64,000 nucleotides of DNA from positions 9,756 to 73,755 of the forward strand of contig QIDH01000093.1 of assembly GCA_003229305.1 (NCBI GenBank). The letters are read 5' to 3'. A program made the translations under genes and the position numbers. This stretch comes from Acidimicrobiia bacterium. GTDB lineage: Bacteria > Actinomycetota > Acidimicrobiia > Spongiisociales > Spongiisociaceae. This document shows, in pieces, positions 9,924 to 19,141 of this stretch; within the stretch, counting starts at the first letter, position 1; the number at the start of each line of letters is the position of its first letter. The notes beneath the pieces were generated by a model, which did no database searches, had not been told where the DNA came from, and was given only the letters and a program-made list of their open reading frames with translations.

Positions 9924-10409
9924 TCAGATTGGGCTGGTTGTACTCCGGCGTCGAGATCGGTTGGTGACTGAGACCCCACCGATGATTGTGCGCGACCGAA
10001 CGCGAAGCACTGGAGCCGTGGGCCCGAGATCAGCCTGCCCGTCCAGCACCATCTGAGCTCCGCCGGCCAAAATCGAATTGGCCGCCTCCACCCGCCATTT
10101 GGGTGGGACGCGGACCTCGACCCCACCGATGACGGTGGTTATCTCGAGTTCTGCGTTCGGACCGAGGGCCGCGCCTGTGAGGTCAATGACCGCTCCGCCG
10201 AACAGGGTGAAGATCTTCGCCCTGCGCAAGGCGGTCGACCGACTCTTGAACTCGGTTCCGAACATCACGGTCGAATGGGTAAACACATCGGATGACTCGT
10301 CACCCTCTGAAGGGACCAGCCGTTTGGCTATCAAGGCCGTCAGCATCAATCCGATGTTCAGGGCAACCAGGGCCTTGACCAGGTTCTTGACAATGCGAGT
10401 GATGGACAT
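9924..10409 (-). CDS. LiaF-like / DUF2154-like membrane protein (putative cell-envelope stress module)
   Basis: N-terminal TM segment plus a C-terminal region with LiaF-like blocks (IFTLFGGAVIDLTGAALGPNAELEITTVIGGVEVRVPPKW). Confidence 0.4.
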   Translation of the reverse strand: MSITRIVKNLVKALVALNIGLMLTALIAKRLVPSEGDESSDVFTHSTVMFGTEFKSRSTALRRAKIFTLFGGAVIDLTGAALGPNAELEITTVIGGVEVRVPPKWRVEAANSILAGGAQMVLDGQADLGPTAPVLRVRSRTIIGGVSVTNRSRRRSTTSPI

Positions 10410-10495
10410 TTCGATTCAACGCTACCCGCATCCGGTACCGTGCGGGCAAAGGAGTTCGTATCAGCCTTTCCCACAACGAGGCCAAACGTCCAGAG

Positions 10496-11167
10496 GTGGT
10501 CGTTTTCGACGTCAACGAGACGTTGCTGGACCTCGGTGCACTCCGACCGGTCTTTGCAGAAGCCTTCGGTTCGACGGAGCCGATGGGGGAGTGGTTTGCC
10601 CGAATGCTGCACGGCTCACTCGTCGCCAACCACGTAGGCGAGTACCGCTCGTTCGCAATGATCGGTGTCGAGGCACTGCTGATGGTCGCGTCAAAAAGGG
10701 GCGTGGATCTGAGTGGCGAAGACGCGGCGGACATTGTCTCAGGCATGCGGCGGCTCCCTCCCCACAGTGATGTCGTCGAGGGCCTGACCATCCTTCGCGA
10801 CGCCGGTTTGCGGATGATCACGTTGACGAACGGTTCGACAGACGCCGTTGTCGATCAGATCGTCAATGCGGGGCTGTCCGAGTTCTTTGATCTGACGCTC
10901 TCGGTAGATGAGGTACGCCGGTTTAAGCCGGCGCCGGAGGTTTACTTGATGGCCGCAGCCCGAGTCGGAGTGGAGATCGACCAGATGATGATGGTTGCAG
11001 CCCATGATTGGGACATCGTCGGTGCCCGCTCGGTCGGCTGTCCAGGTGCGTACATCGCCAGGCCTGGGGCAATCTGGAGCCTGGCCAACCACCTCCCCGA
11101 AATCGTTGGCGCAACCCTCGTCGAGGTCGCCAAACAACTGACCGAGGGGGTAGGTTCGCAACCTTAG
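10496..11167 (+). CDS. HAD-superfamily hydrolase (haloacid dehalogenase type II-like)
   Basis: GTG start. Motif I VVFDVNETLLDL, motif III K (FKPAPEVY) and motif IV (AHDWDIVGA). Confidence 0.7.
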   Translation: MVVFDVNETLLDLGALRPVFAEAFGSTEPMGEWFARMLHGSLVANHVGEYRSFAMIGVEALLMVASKRGVDLSGEDAADIVSGMRRLPPHSDVVEGLTILRDAGLRMITLTNGSTDAVVDQIVNAGLSEFFDLTLSVDEVRRFKPAPEVYLMAAARVGVEIDQMMMVAAHDWDIVGARSVGCPGAYIARPGAIWSLANHLPEIVGATLVEVAKQLTEGVGSQP

Positions 11168-11358
11168 GGGCCGCGCGGATACCCCTGCTAGGGCCGAAAG
11201 TTCGTGCCTGGTCCGAACCCTGGGTTGTACCCAGGGTCCCAGGGGTCGCTATAGCGACGCGAACCGTCCCGAGTTCAGACGATCGGCTGCCTGGGTGTTG
11301 ATAGCACCAAAGCGAACTTTCGGCTATAGCGCGGGTATACCCGCGCTAGAGCCTAAGG
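11162..11358. repeat. MITE/REP-like intergenic element with ~45-bp terminal inverted repeats and internal hairpins
   Basis: The ends are inverted repeats (CCTTAGG...GCCGAAAGTTCG and CGAACTTTCGGC...CCTAAGG). Internal palindromes are CCCTGGGTtgtACCCAGGG, GTCGCTATAGCGAC and TAGCGCGGGTATACCCGCGCTA. It fills the whole space between the convergent HAD and Lhr genes, and the left TIR includes the HAD stop codon. Confidence 0.6.
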
Positions 11359-11364
11359 AACGCC

Positions 11365-14300
11365 TCAACGCCCGCGGTAGGCGAGGCCGCGCAGGGATGG
11401 GGCGAAACCGTGGTTCTGGAGGATGCGACCGATCGGGTGGCGGGCGATTGGCTCGCCGTTGATGGTCTCGATCGTCAGACGTCTGGTCCGTGTCCCAATG
11501 TCGGCCAATGCTCCTGCGGCCGGGACCAGGACTTCGGGGTCCGGATTGAGTAGGAGGGCCTTCTTCCCCCCCCGCTCCAGGAACAACACTGGTTCGCCGT
11601 CGTGCAGGATCACATAGGCTCCGGCCGACCGAGTCGGTCTGCCGCCGGCCACCTCCGGCCAATCGAGGATGGATCCGTACGGATTGGCTGGGTCAGCCGC
11701 GGCCAGGATGGCGATCCCGTCAACACGCTCGGCGGTTCGCAGGCGGTCGATTGCCCCTGACATGGCGAACTGCATTCCGCCCATGCCTTCCACGAAGTAT
11801 CCACGGCGAATCCGCCCGATCTCCTCCATGTGGTTGAGGACCGGATACAACGACGTCAAACCTCCCGGTACATCATCTGATAGGGCAGCCGATCTGGTCA
11901 GAATGCCGTGGCGGTCGAGTAGGAGCTCCACCGTTGCGGTCGCCCAGGCCGCGTCGCTACTTGGGGCGGCGATCAGATCGGACACCATTGACCACCGTCC
12001 GGCCGAGGCCGGCGGCATGGATGAGGGAACGTAGCCCCTGCGACCAGAAGGTCGCCTGACCTTGCGGAGATGGAACGCCCGAAGCGGAGCCAGCGTGTCG
12101 TTGGTGATCTCGCCGGCCCATACGAGATCCCAGATGGCCTCGAGGAGCGATTGCGGGTCGCCGCCGCCCGCATTGTCGTACAAATCACGAAAGAAGGACG
12201 CGCCCCGATCCGTGAGATGCGATCTGATCGCTTCGTGCTGGCTCGAGGATGGGGCCTCGGTGCCGGGTACAGGGCGATGGAGAGTTGCAAGTTGGTCTCG
12301 GAAGAACAACGCGATGCGGCCATCGCGTGGCCCGAGGGGACCCCTTCCCACCCACACGACCTCGCCTGACACCATTAGTTGATCGAGCAGCTCAGGCCCA
12401 TAGTCGAGCCGGGCCGACAGCACGTCTCGTTCGAGGATCGATGACGGCATGGCACTGCCTTGAAGCTGGCGCAGAACCTCATGGAGGGCGGTCGCGTCTC
12501 GCCGAGAGGTGCGGCCGACCCCCTGCCAGGCTGGGAGGAAACGACCTAGAGTGGCGGTGTCGACGGCTTCGATCTCTTTGCGGAGCGCGGCCAGGCTGCG
12601 TCGTTTCAGGCGACGCAGGACATCGTTGTCGATCCACTCCTGATTGTTGCCGCCGGGACTGAAGGCACCCCTGATGATTCGGCCGGACGCTTCCAGCGCG
12701 GCGAGCCCAGTGCTGGCGACCCCTGAAGGCAGGCCATAGACGACTGCCACGGCGTCGGCCGTGAAAGGACCGTGGGTGCGGGCAAACCGACTCAGCAGGT
12801 CTCCCAGTGGGTCGTCAACCGTTTCGAGGAATACCTGGGGAGTACCGGGCGGGGGTTGGGTCCCGAGAGCATCCCTCAGCCTGCCGACGTCTTCGATTGC
12901 CGCCCAGACGTCGCGTCCTGCCATCCTGGTTGGTACCGCCCGCCTGGTTTGTTCGAGTTCGCCGAGCAACGAAGCCGCATCTCCTTCGTTCAGGCGAAGG
13001 TCCACATCCGCGATCGACAGCGGGCCGAGGGCGCGCAGCAGGTCATGTACGCCGTCCAGACCTTTCGCTTTGCGATCGTCTGCCAGTCGTTGCAGTTCGA
13101 GCTCCACCGATTCGATGACGTCTGGTGCCAGGAGCTCGCGGAGTTCAACTTCTCCTAGCAGTTCCCTGAGTAGCTCCCGATCGAGGGTAAGGGCTGCCGC
13201 CCGCCGCTCGGCCAGCGGGCTGTCCCCTTCATAGAGGTACGAGGCTACGAACTCGAACAGGAGTGAGGAGGCGAACGGGCTGGCCGAGGTCGTCTCCGCC
13301 TCCACCACCCTGATCTTGCGGGCCCTGACGTCGGTGAGGACTTCGATCAGGGCCGGCAGGTCGAACTTGTCCTGGAGGATCTCGCGATAGACCTCGAGCA
13401 CGATCGGGAACGATCCGAACTCCTTGGCGACCTCCATCAGGTCGCCCGCCCGCCGGCGTTGCAGCCACAGGGGAGTTCTGCCACCCGGCCGGCGGCGCGG
13501 GAGGAGTAGCGCTCTGGCCGCCGCTTCACGGAAATGGGCGGCGAACATGGCAGTGTCGATCAATTCCTCCATGAGGATGGCCTCGACGGTCTCTGGATCT
13601 GGGATGAGCTCATCGATCGCGGGCACTTCGTCCGCGTCGACGAAGCGCAACGCTATGCCGTCGTCACCCCAGATGACGTCTGTGGCCCGTCCGAAGCGCT
13701 CTCGCAAAGTCCGACCAAGGGCCATCGCCCACGGCGCGTGGACCCTGGCCCCGAGCGGCGAGAGGATTGCGATACGCCAATCCCCGATCTCGTCGCGGAA
13801 GCGCTGTACAACGATCGTCTGGTCGGTTGGCAAAGTCCCGGTTGCGTCTCGTTCCTCTTCGAAGAAATTGATCAGGTTCTTGGCGGCCAGTGAGTCGAGG
13901 TTGTAGTTCTCCGAAAGCGTGACGAGGGCGTCGTCAGGATCGGCTGCGGAAAGCTCTCTCACGAACTTGCCGATGGCCCGACCCGTCTCGATAGGCCGTC
14001 CGGCTTGATCACCTCTCCAGAACGGCATGCGAGCGGCCGGTTCGCCGGGGGCGGGGACTACCTCGACCCGGTCGGCAGTGATGTCGGTGATCCGCCAGGC
14101 GGTCGTGCCGAGCACGAACACGTCTCCTGGCCGCGATTCGTAGACCATCTCCTCGTCGAGTTCTCCGACCCTCGCGCCATCCGGCAGGTTGACGCTGTAC
14201 AGACCCCGATCCGGGATCGTTCCTGGGTTGGTCACGGCCAGACGTTGGGCGCTGCTCCTTGCGGTCAGTCGCTGATCCACCCTGTCCCAGACGATGCGCG

Positions 14301-15795
14301 GGCGGAGCTCGCCGAACAACTCGGACGGGTATCGGCCTGACAGCATGTCGAGCACTGCCTCGAATGGCCCTCGAGCCAGATCCGAGTATGGGGCGGCCCT
14401 GCGAACCAGGCCGAAGAGCTCGTCGACCCCCCAATCGTCCATCGCGACCATCGCCACGATCTGCTGCGCCAGGACGTCGAGCGGGTTGGAGGGGATGTGA
14501 GTGGCCTCGACCGCGCCGGCCTGCATACGGTTGGCGACCACCGCTGACTCCAGCAGATCGCCTCGATATTTCGGAAAGAACTTGGCGACTGATGGGGCGC
14601 CCACCTGGTGGCCGGCTCGACCGACCCGCTGGAGTCCTGAGGCCACGCTCGTTGGTGATTCCACCTGGATGACCAGATCGACCGCTCCCATGTCGATGCC
14701 CAGCTCGAGGGACGAGGTGGCCACCACCGCAGGGATCTCGCCCTTCTTGAGCAGCTCTTCGATCTCGACCCGTTTGTCGCGAGAGACGGATCCGTGGTGG
14801 GCTCTGGCGACCTCTTCGCCCGCCAGACTATTCAGTTCGCTGCACAGCCTCTCGGTCAGGCGTCTCGAGTTGGCAAACACGATCGTGGACTGGTGGGAGC
14901 GGATCAGCTCGAGGATCTGCGGGTAGATCGACGGCCAGATCGATCGGTAGCCGACGTCTGTCTGATCGGTGCTCAACGGGTTGGGCGGGGCGGGGGCAGC
15001 CATGTCCTCAACTGGCACAATCAGCTCTATGTCCAAGACCTTGTCGGATTCGATGTCGACGATGGTGACCGGACGGGGCTCCCACTGATCATCTTGCAAG
15101 TTGTCTTCGGCGGACGCCTTCTGGCCGGCGTCAATGATCTGGCCACCCCCCATGAACTGGCCGATCCGCTCCAAGGGCCTTTGCGTCGCAGACAGCCCGA
15201 TTCGCTGGGGGGCGGACTCGGTTACCTCTTCCAATCGCTCAAGCGATAGCGCGAGGTGACTGCCCCGTTTGGTGCCTGCGACGGCATGTACCTCGTCGAG
15301 GATCACCCACCGAACGGAGCCAAGCATCGAACGGGCCTGGCTGGTCAAAATCAGATACAGAGACTCAGGCGTGGTGATCAGAATGTCAGGTGGCACCCGC
15401 TGCATGCGCCGCCGATCATCTTGGGGAGTGTCGCCCGTCCTGATCGCGGTGGTCACTTCCTGGAGCGGGCCGATCTCTAGACGGGCTGCGGCGTGATGGA
15501 TGCCAGTCAGGGGGGCCACCAGGTTGCGTTCTACGTCGTAGGCGAGCGCCTTCATCGGTGACACGTAGAGCACTCTGCACCGGTCGGCTCGCTCAGGCAT
15601 GGGCTCAGTCAGCAGTTTGTCGACCGTATATAGAAAGGCCGCCAACGTCTTGCCGGAACCGGTAGGGGCGTGAATGAGTGTGTGATCGCCACCCGCGATC
15701 GCTGGCCAGCCCTCCTGTTGGGCCTTGGTGGGCGCCTCGAAGGACGACTCGAACCATGCCGCGGTGGCAGGGGAGAAGAGGTCGGAGAGATCCAC
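11365..15795 (-). CDS. lhr: Lhr-family ATP-dependent DNA helicase (large helicase-related protein, DEAD/DEAH box)
   Basis: 1476 aa. Walker A (HAPTGSGKT), DEVH, a helicase C-terminal domain and the long Lhr-specific C-terminal extension. Confidence 0.9.
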   Translation of the reverse strand: MDLSDLFSPATAAWFESSFEAPTKAQQEGWPAIAGGDHTLIHAPTGSGKTLAAFLYTVDKLLTEPMPERADRCRVLYVSPMKALAYDVERNLVAPLTGIHHAAARLEIGPLQEVTTAIRTGDTPQDDRRRMQRVPPDILITTPESLYLILTSQARSMLGSVRWVILDEVHAVAGTKRGSHLALSLERLEEVTESAPQRIGLSATQRPLERIGQFMGGGQIIDAGQKASAEDNLQDDQWEPRPVTIVDIESDKVLDIELIVPVEDMAAPAPPNPLSTDQTDVGYRSIWPSIYPQILELIRSHQSTIVFANSRRLTERLCSELNSLAGEEVARAHHGSVSRDKRVEIEELLKKGEIPAVVATSSLELGIDMGAVDLVIQVESPTSVASGLQRVGRAGHQVGAPSVAKFFPKYRGDLLESAVVANRMQAGAVEATHIPSNPLDVLAQQIVAMVAMDDWGVDELFGLVRRAAPYSDLARGPFEAVLDMLSGRYPSELFGELRPRIVWDRVDQRLTARSSAQRLAVTNPGTIPDRGLYSVNLPDGARVGELDEEMVYESRPGDVFVLGTTAWRITDITADRVEVVPAPGEPAARMPFWRGDQAGRPIETGRAIGKFVRELSAADPDDALVTLSENYNLDSLAAKNLINFFEEERDATGTLPTDQTIVVQRFRDEIGDWRIAILSPLGARVHAPWAMALGRTLRERFGRATDVIWGDDGIALRFVDADEVPAIDELIPDPETVEAILMEELIDTAMFAAHFREAAARALLLPRRRPGGRTPLWLQRRRAGDLMEVAKEFGSFPIVLEVYREILQDKFDLPALIEVLTDVRARKIRVVEAETTSASPFASSLLFEFVASYLYEGDSPLAERRAAALTLDRELLRELLGEVELRELLAPDVIESVELELQRLADDRKAKGLDGVHDLLRALGPLSIADVDLRLNEGDAASLLGELEQTRRAVPTRMAGRDVWAAIEDVGRLRDALGTQPPPGTPQVFLETVDDPLGDLLSRFARTHGPFTADAVAVVYGLPSGVASTGLAALEASGRIIRGAFSPGGNNQEWIDNDVLRRLKRRSLAALRKEIEAVDTATLGRFLPAWQGVGRTSRRDATALHEVLRQLQGSAMPSSILERDVLSARLDYGPELLDQLMVSGEVVWVGRGPLGPRDGRIALFFRDQLATLHRPVPGTEAPSSSQHEAIRSHLTDRGASFFRDLYDNAGGGDPQSLLEAIWDLVWAGEITNDTLAPLRAFHLRKVRRPSGRRGYVPSSMPPASAGRWSMVSDLIAAPSSDAAWATATVELLLDRHGILTRSAALSDDVPGGLTSLYPVLNHMEEIGRIRRGYFVEGMGGMQFAMSGAIDRLRTAERVDGIAILAAADPANPYGSILDWPEVAGGRPTRSAGAYVILHDGEPVLFLERGGKKALLLNPDPEVLVPAAGALADIGTRTRRLTIETINGEPIARHPIGRILQNHGFAPSLRGLAYRGR

Positions 15796-15883
15796 CCGCT
15801 GAGGCTAACGCCGGCGAGAGACATCCGAGCTACCGAGCGATGGCTTGGGTACTCCCGCCGGGTCAGGGGGCCAGAAGCACAAG

Positions 15884-15928
15884 AAAAACGAACGCCGCCC
15901 CTGGCGATGGGCGGCGTTCGTATTGTTT
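15884..15928. terminator. Bidirectional intrinsic terminator (12-bp perfect GC stem with A/T-rich flanks)
   Basis: AAAAA-CGAACGCCGCCC-ctggcgat-GGGCGGCGTTCG-TATTGTTT. On the minus strand the hairpin is followed by UUUUUCUU, directly after the HD-GYP stop. This separates that gene transcriptionally from lhr. Confidence 0.7.
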
Positions 15929-15951
15929 CCCTGGGAGGAGGTTCGGGAAAA

Positions 15952-16524
15952 TCAGGCTACGGCGGAGGTCAACTCTCTTGCGCTGAACCCGACGATCGAA
16001 GCAATGTTTTCGAGGGTGTCGACGACTTCCGGGTCGAACTGGGTGGCGGCGTGGAGGCCGATTTCTTCGAGGGCGTATTCCACGGGGAGGGCGGGCTGGT
16101 AGCAGCGGTCTGAGGTGATTGCGTCAAAGGCGTCTGCGACTGTGAGGATGCGGGCCAGAAGCGGGATCTCGGTTCCGGAGCGGCCGTATGGGTAGCCGAG
16201 TCCATCGAAGCGTTCGTGGTGGGCGAGGACGGTGTCTGCGATCTCGGGGTGTACAAGGCCCCTGACCATGTCGAATCCGAGTTCGGGGTGGCGGCGGATC
16301 TCGACCCACTCTTCACTTTCGAGTGGTCCAGGCTTGAAGAGGACGGCTTGGTCGACGTCGATCTTTCCAATGTCGTGAAGAGTGCAGGCCACCTTGAGGC
16401 GACGGAGTCGTTCTTGACTCAAGTCCATGCGGCGTCCGATCGCCCCCGCCAGGTCTGCGACACGGCTGCCGTGGGCGGCGAGCCCCGGGTCCGTGTGAAG
16501 CCGTCTTACCAATCCGTCCAACAT
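15952..16524 (-). CDS. Standalone HD-GYP domain phosphohydrolase
   Basis: HD motif (LHDIGK) and HHERFDGLGYPYG (the HHExxDGxGYP signature). 190 aa with no sensor or REC domain. Confidence 0.75.
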   Translation of the reverse strand: MLDGLVRRLHTDPGLAAHGSRVADLAGAIGRRMDLSQERLRRLKVACTLHDIGKIDVDQAVLFKPGPLESEEWVEIRRHPELGFDMVRGLVHPEIADTVLAHHERFDGLGYPYGRSGTEIPLLARILTVADAFDAITSDRCYQPALPVEYALEEIGLHAATQFDPEVVDTLENIASIVGFSARELTSAVA

Positions 16525-16735
16525 TCTTGTTCCTCCCCCACGAGGTCTGTCCCTAGCTGACAGAAGTCATGTTGGTCGAGTTGTCCACAGAGGTCTATGG
16601 GACGTGCGACCCATTTCGGAACCGAATTCTGATAGGTCGCCCGACCTATGGACTGCCGAGCGAAAAGCCTGGTCCTGGGCTTGTGTGGGCGAGGGTTGAA
16701 AGGGCTCAGCGAACCTCAGACCAGGGTCTTGGCCG

Positions 16736-17386
16736 CTAGCTCTTGCGTGTCTTTTCCACACTGAATCCGGTCTTGGCCAGGAGGTGTAGAAAGCCAGGTG
16801 CCGGCTCTTTGAATTGCGCACCCCTGAAGATGTCGTCGAAATCCTCGAGGTACGCCATCGAGGTGTTGATCATGTGAGTCAGAGAGATGGTGTTGATGTT
16901 CAACTCCTCGCTGCGACCGAACGCGACGAGCCTGGTGCGGATGTCTCCGCCCTGGCACGACTTACCTCGGTGGATACCCGTCTCCTGCAATTCGGGAATC
17001 ACCGTGTCGAGGTCATCGGAGTACAGCCATTTGAAACGCTGCAACACTGTGTGGAGGACGCCATGTGATGTGAGGCCGGCATTGAAGACCGCCTCACCCT
17101 GTTTCACCTCGCCAACGATCACGTCAACGGTGCCAGGCTCGAGCATGAGGCCCTTGTCCTCGATCACGAGCTGACGGCCTTGGCCTCCGTCGTGGACCTC
17201 GGTGAGTACGAACTCGCCTGGGAATCGGATGGCCACCATGTCCACATCGGTGACCGTCTCCCAGTTGCCCTTTCGGGTCCGTTCTTGGATCTCGTATTCC
17301 GAGAGGGTTAGGTAGCCGTTCAGTCGTAAATAGTGCTCGACGAGGTTGACTGCAATATCCATTTGCACAGTCTGGCGCATTTGCAC
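16736..17386 (-). CDS. Hypothetical protein with PD-(D/E)xK nuclease-like motifs, on a low-GC island
   Basis: Candidate catalytic D (TDVDMVAIRF) and ExK (VDVIVGEVKQGEA) in the usual order after an N-terminal helix. Local GC is ~50-55% against ~65-70% in flanking genes. No confident family assignment. Confidence 0.45.
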   Translation of the reverse strand: MQMRQTVQMDIAVNLVEHYLRLNGYLTLSEYEIQERTRKGNWETVTDVDMVAIRFPGEFVLTEVHDGGQGRQLVIEDKGLMLEPGTVDVIVGEVKQGEAVFNAGLTSHGVLHTVLQRFKWLYSDDLDTVIPELQETGIHRGKSCQGGDIRTRLVAFGRSEELNINTISLTHMINTSMAYLEDFDDIFRGAQFKEPAPGFLHLLAKTGFSVEKTRKS

Positions 17387-17476
17387 GAATGTTCCGCGAC
17401 CATCGCGCCGGTCTCAGCACGAACCAAGCCGCAGGTTCTAGTGGGCTCTGGTCATAACGCCGGCTCGGATCGCTAA

Positions 17477-18130
17477 GGCCCCCGTGAAGGTCAGCTCACG
17501 CACCGGAGCCGACAGGTCGCCCCGAAGAAGCCGATGACCTTTCAACCATCGGACTTTGCGGACCCTGCGAAGCCAACGCTGTTGTTCGTCCGCAGTGGCC
17601 GCTCGTCTAGACCGGCGGTTCCCATCAAACGCAGAGCAGGCGCCCAGCGAATCAGGTTCGAAAACAGAGCAACGGCAGATTTCGATCTTCTTGCCCATGT
17701 GCCTCCTCACCGTGCGCCTCTGGTCGTTCTTGAGTCTGGTCTGGTCGACGATTCCGGTTGGGTACCGGTGACCGCAATACGCTGAACAGGCGGTTCCCGG
17801 ACGGGTACGCGGTTGGGGAAGTGACCAGGATTCCGCTCAAGATGGGCAAAAACCGTTGCCCATGGCAGGTGTCTTCGTCGAACGCCAGGCCAAGGTGGTG
17901 GCAGACAACATCGTGACGAAGATCAACCGAGCTGGTGAGCCGGCCTCCTACAACGGGCACGGCGAGTGCTTCATCGAGAACGGCAGGGGGGCAAGGCAGG
18001 ATTCGGGAAAAGTGATCTCTACACGAAGCCGACCCCCGAGATCAAGTTCTACAAAGTCGGACACCACGCGCACATGAGCAAAGTGCTTTTCGAAAGACTT
18101 GTTTCCGTCGATGGGTCTAGCTCCGTTGCG
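17477..18130 (+). pseudogene. Sulfide:quinone oxidoreductase-like flavoprotein (FAD-dependent pyridine nucleotide-disulfide oxidoreductase), 3' remnant with frameshifts
   Basis: Only the C-terminal half is present, split over at least four frame segments: DLLAHVPPHRAPLVVLESGLVDDSGWVPV; YAVGEVTRIPL; PMAGVFVERQAKVVADNIVTKINRAGEPASYNGHGECFIENGRG; GKAGFGKSDLYTKPTPEIKFYKVGHHAHMSKVLFERL. From recollection, this matches the SQR C-terminal blocks (capping loop and C-terminal amphipathic helices). One frame change sits at a G6 homopolymer (17986..17991). The N-terminal ~220 codons are missing. Confidence 0.65.
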
Positions 18131-18133
18131 TTC

Positions 18134-19141
18134 CTATCCTCCCTCGTCCAGGAACCGGTAGATCTTCTCGATGTCGGCTTCTGTCAGCGTTGCTTCCCCG
18201 TAGGCCGGCATGTCCCTCGGACCCTCGCGGATGTCATCGATGAACTGAGCCAGAGATCCGATCTCGTCTTCGAGGGTTGGCCCTACGACGGCTCCCTGCC
18301 CCAGAACCCCGTGGCAGGCAGCACAGCCGTATCCAAAGTAAACCTTGCCGCCGTCGAACGCTGGATCGCCGGACTGGGCAGACGGCTCCTCGTCGAGGCC
18401 GAAACCTTGATACGGGTAGGTGGCACCGATATAGGCGATCTGTGTGCGGTCATAAACCTCAGGGTCGGTCAAATCGGTGTTCAATACCGGAACTCTCACG
18501 AAGACGATCACCATTCCGATCGCCGTTATCACCGCGACAATCGCCAGCAGAACACTGATCCAGACCGAGCCATCGTCTGCGCTGAGGACCTCTTCCAACC
18601 GGCCCTCTCTTCCTACTCGGACGAGGTACACCGCGGCGAGAGCAATGAGGGACCAGACCCCGGTGATCAAGAGGATCACCAACGTTCCGTTGACGAACGG
18701 GATCTCGACGCCGCTCTCGGATCGGTACAGTTGCTCTCCTCCGGGTTCCACTGCGATCGTGAACACGTAGGGGGAGACCGGGTTGGTGCCAGGGCCGAGG
18801 TAGGTGACCTGCATTTCGCCGTTGTCGTCCGCCCGCTGCTCGTAGAACATCACTGCGGTTCCTGTTTCGTCGGTGGTTCCCGTTGCGATCTCGACTCTCG
18901 TCGACTCTCCGCCCAGCGATGCTTGGTATGTCAGCGCCACCTCAGCGCCTTCTATAGGAACGCCGTCCTCAGACAACACGGCCTTTACTTCGACATCTTG
19001 GCCGACCAAGACTTTGTCTGGAGCCCCGACGGCGATATCGACAGTGGCTGCGAGGGCTGGAGCAGCCATCACCAGGATCGTCGCCACGGCAAGGATTGAG
19101 ATAGAGACACGGGCACTGAGCAGGCGATGACGATAGGTCAA
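18134..19141 (-). CDS. Membrane-anchored monoheme c-type cytochrome with an Ig-like periplasmic domain
   Basis: C-terminal CAACH haem-binding site within a class-I cytochrome c domain (YFGYGCAACHGV...RDMPAYG), two TM helices and an N-terminal signal peptide. The likely start is the TTG at 19141, in a TTGA overlap with the upstream gene's stop. The longer ORF to 19366 has no ATG near the signal peptide. Confidence 0.75.
   Translation of the reverse strand: MTYRHRLLSARVSISILAVATILVMAAPALAATVDIAVGAPDKVLVGQDVEVKAVLSEDGVPIEGAEVALTYQASLGGESTRVEIATGTTDETGTAVMFYEQRADDNGEMQVTYLGPGTNPVSPYVFTIAVEPGGEQLYRSESGVEIPFVNGTLVILLITGVWSLIALAAVYLVRVGREGRLEEVLSADDGSVWISVLLAIVAVITAIGMVIVFVRVPVLNTDLTDPEVYDRTQIAYIGATYPYQGFGLDEEPSAQSGDPAFDGGKVYFGYGCAACHGVLGQGAVVGPTLEDEIGSLAQFIDDIREGPRDMPAYGEATLTEADIEKIYRFLDEGG

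Noticed and set aside
12761-14926. Multiple + strand ORFs of 100-160 aa within the lhr locus.
   Set aside because: All are antisense to the 1476-aa Lhr helicase ORF and have no motifs and biased R/S/P composition.
17438-17710. Small Cys-containing minus-strand ORF (MGKKIEICRCSVFEP...).
   Set aside because: It overlaps the SQR remnant on the opposite strand, has no motif, and its composition is consistent with chance.
17966-19099. Long + strand ORF (377 aa) and several shorter + ORFs across 18.2-19.4 kb.
   Set aside because: They run antisense to the well-supported cytochrome c and NrfD genes. Only the first ~150 nt, the SQR remnant, is meaningful. The rest is high-GC antisense read-through with Arg/Pro-rich junk translation.
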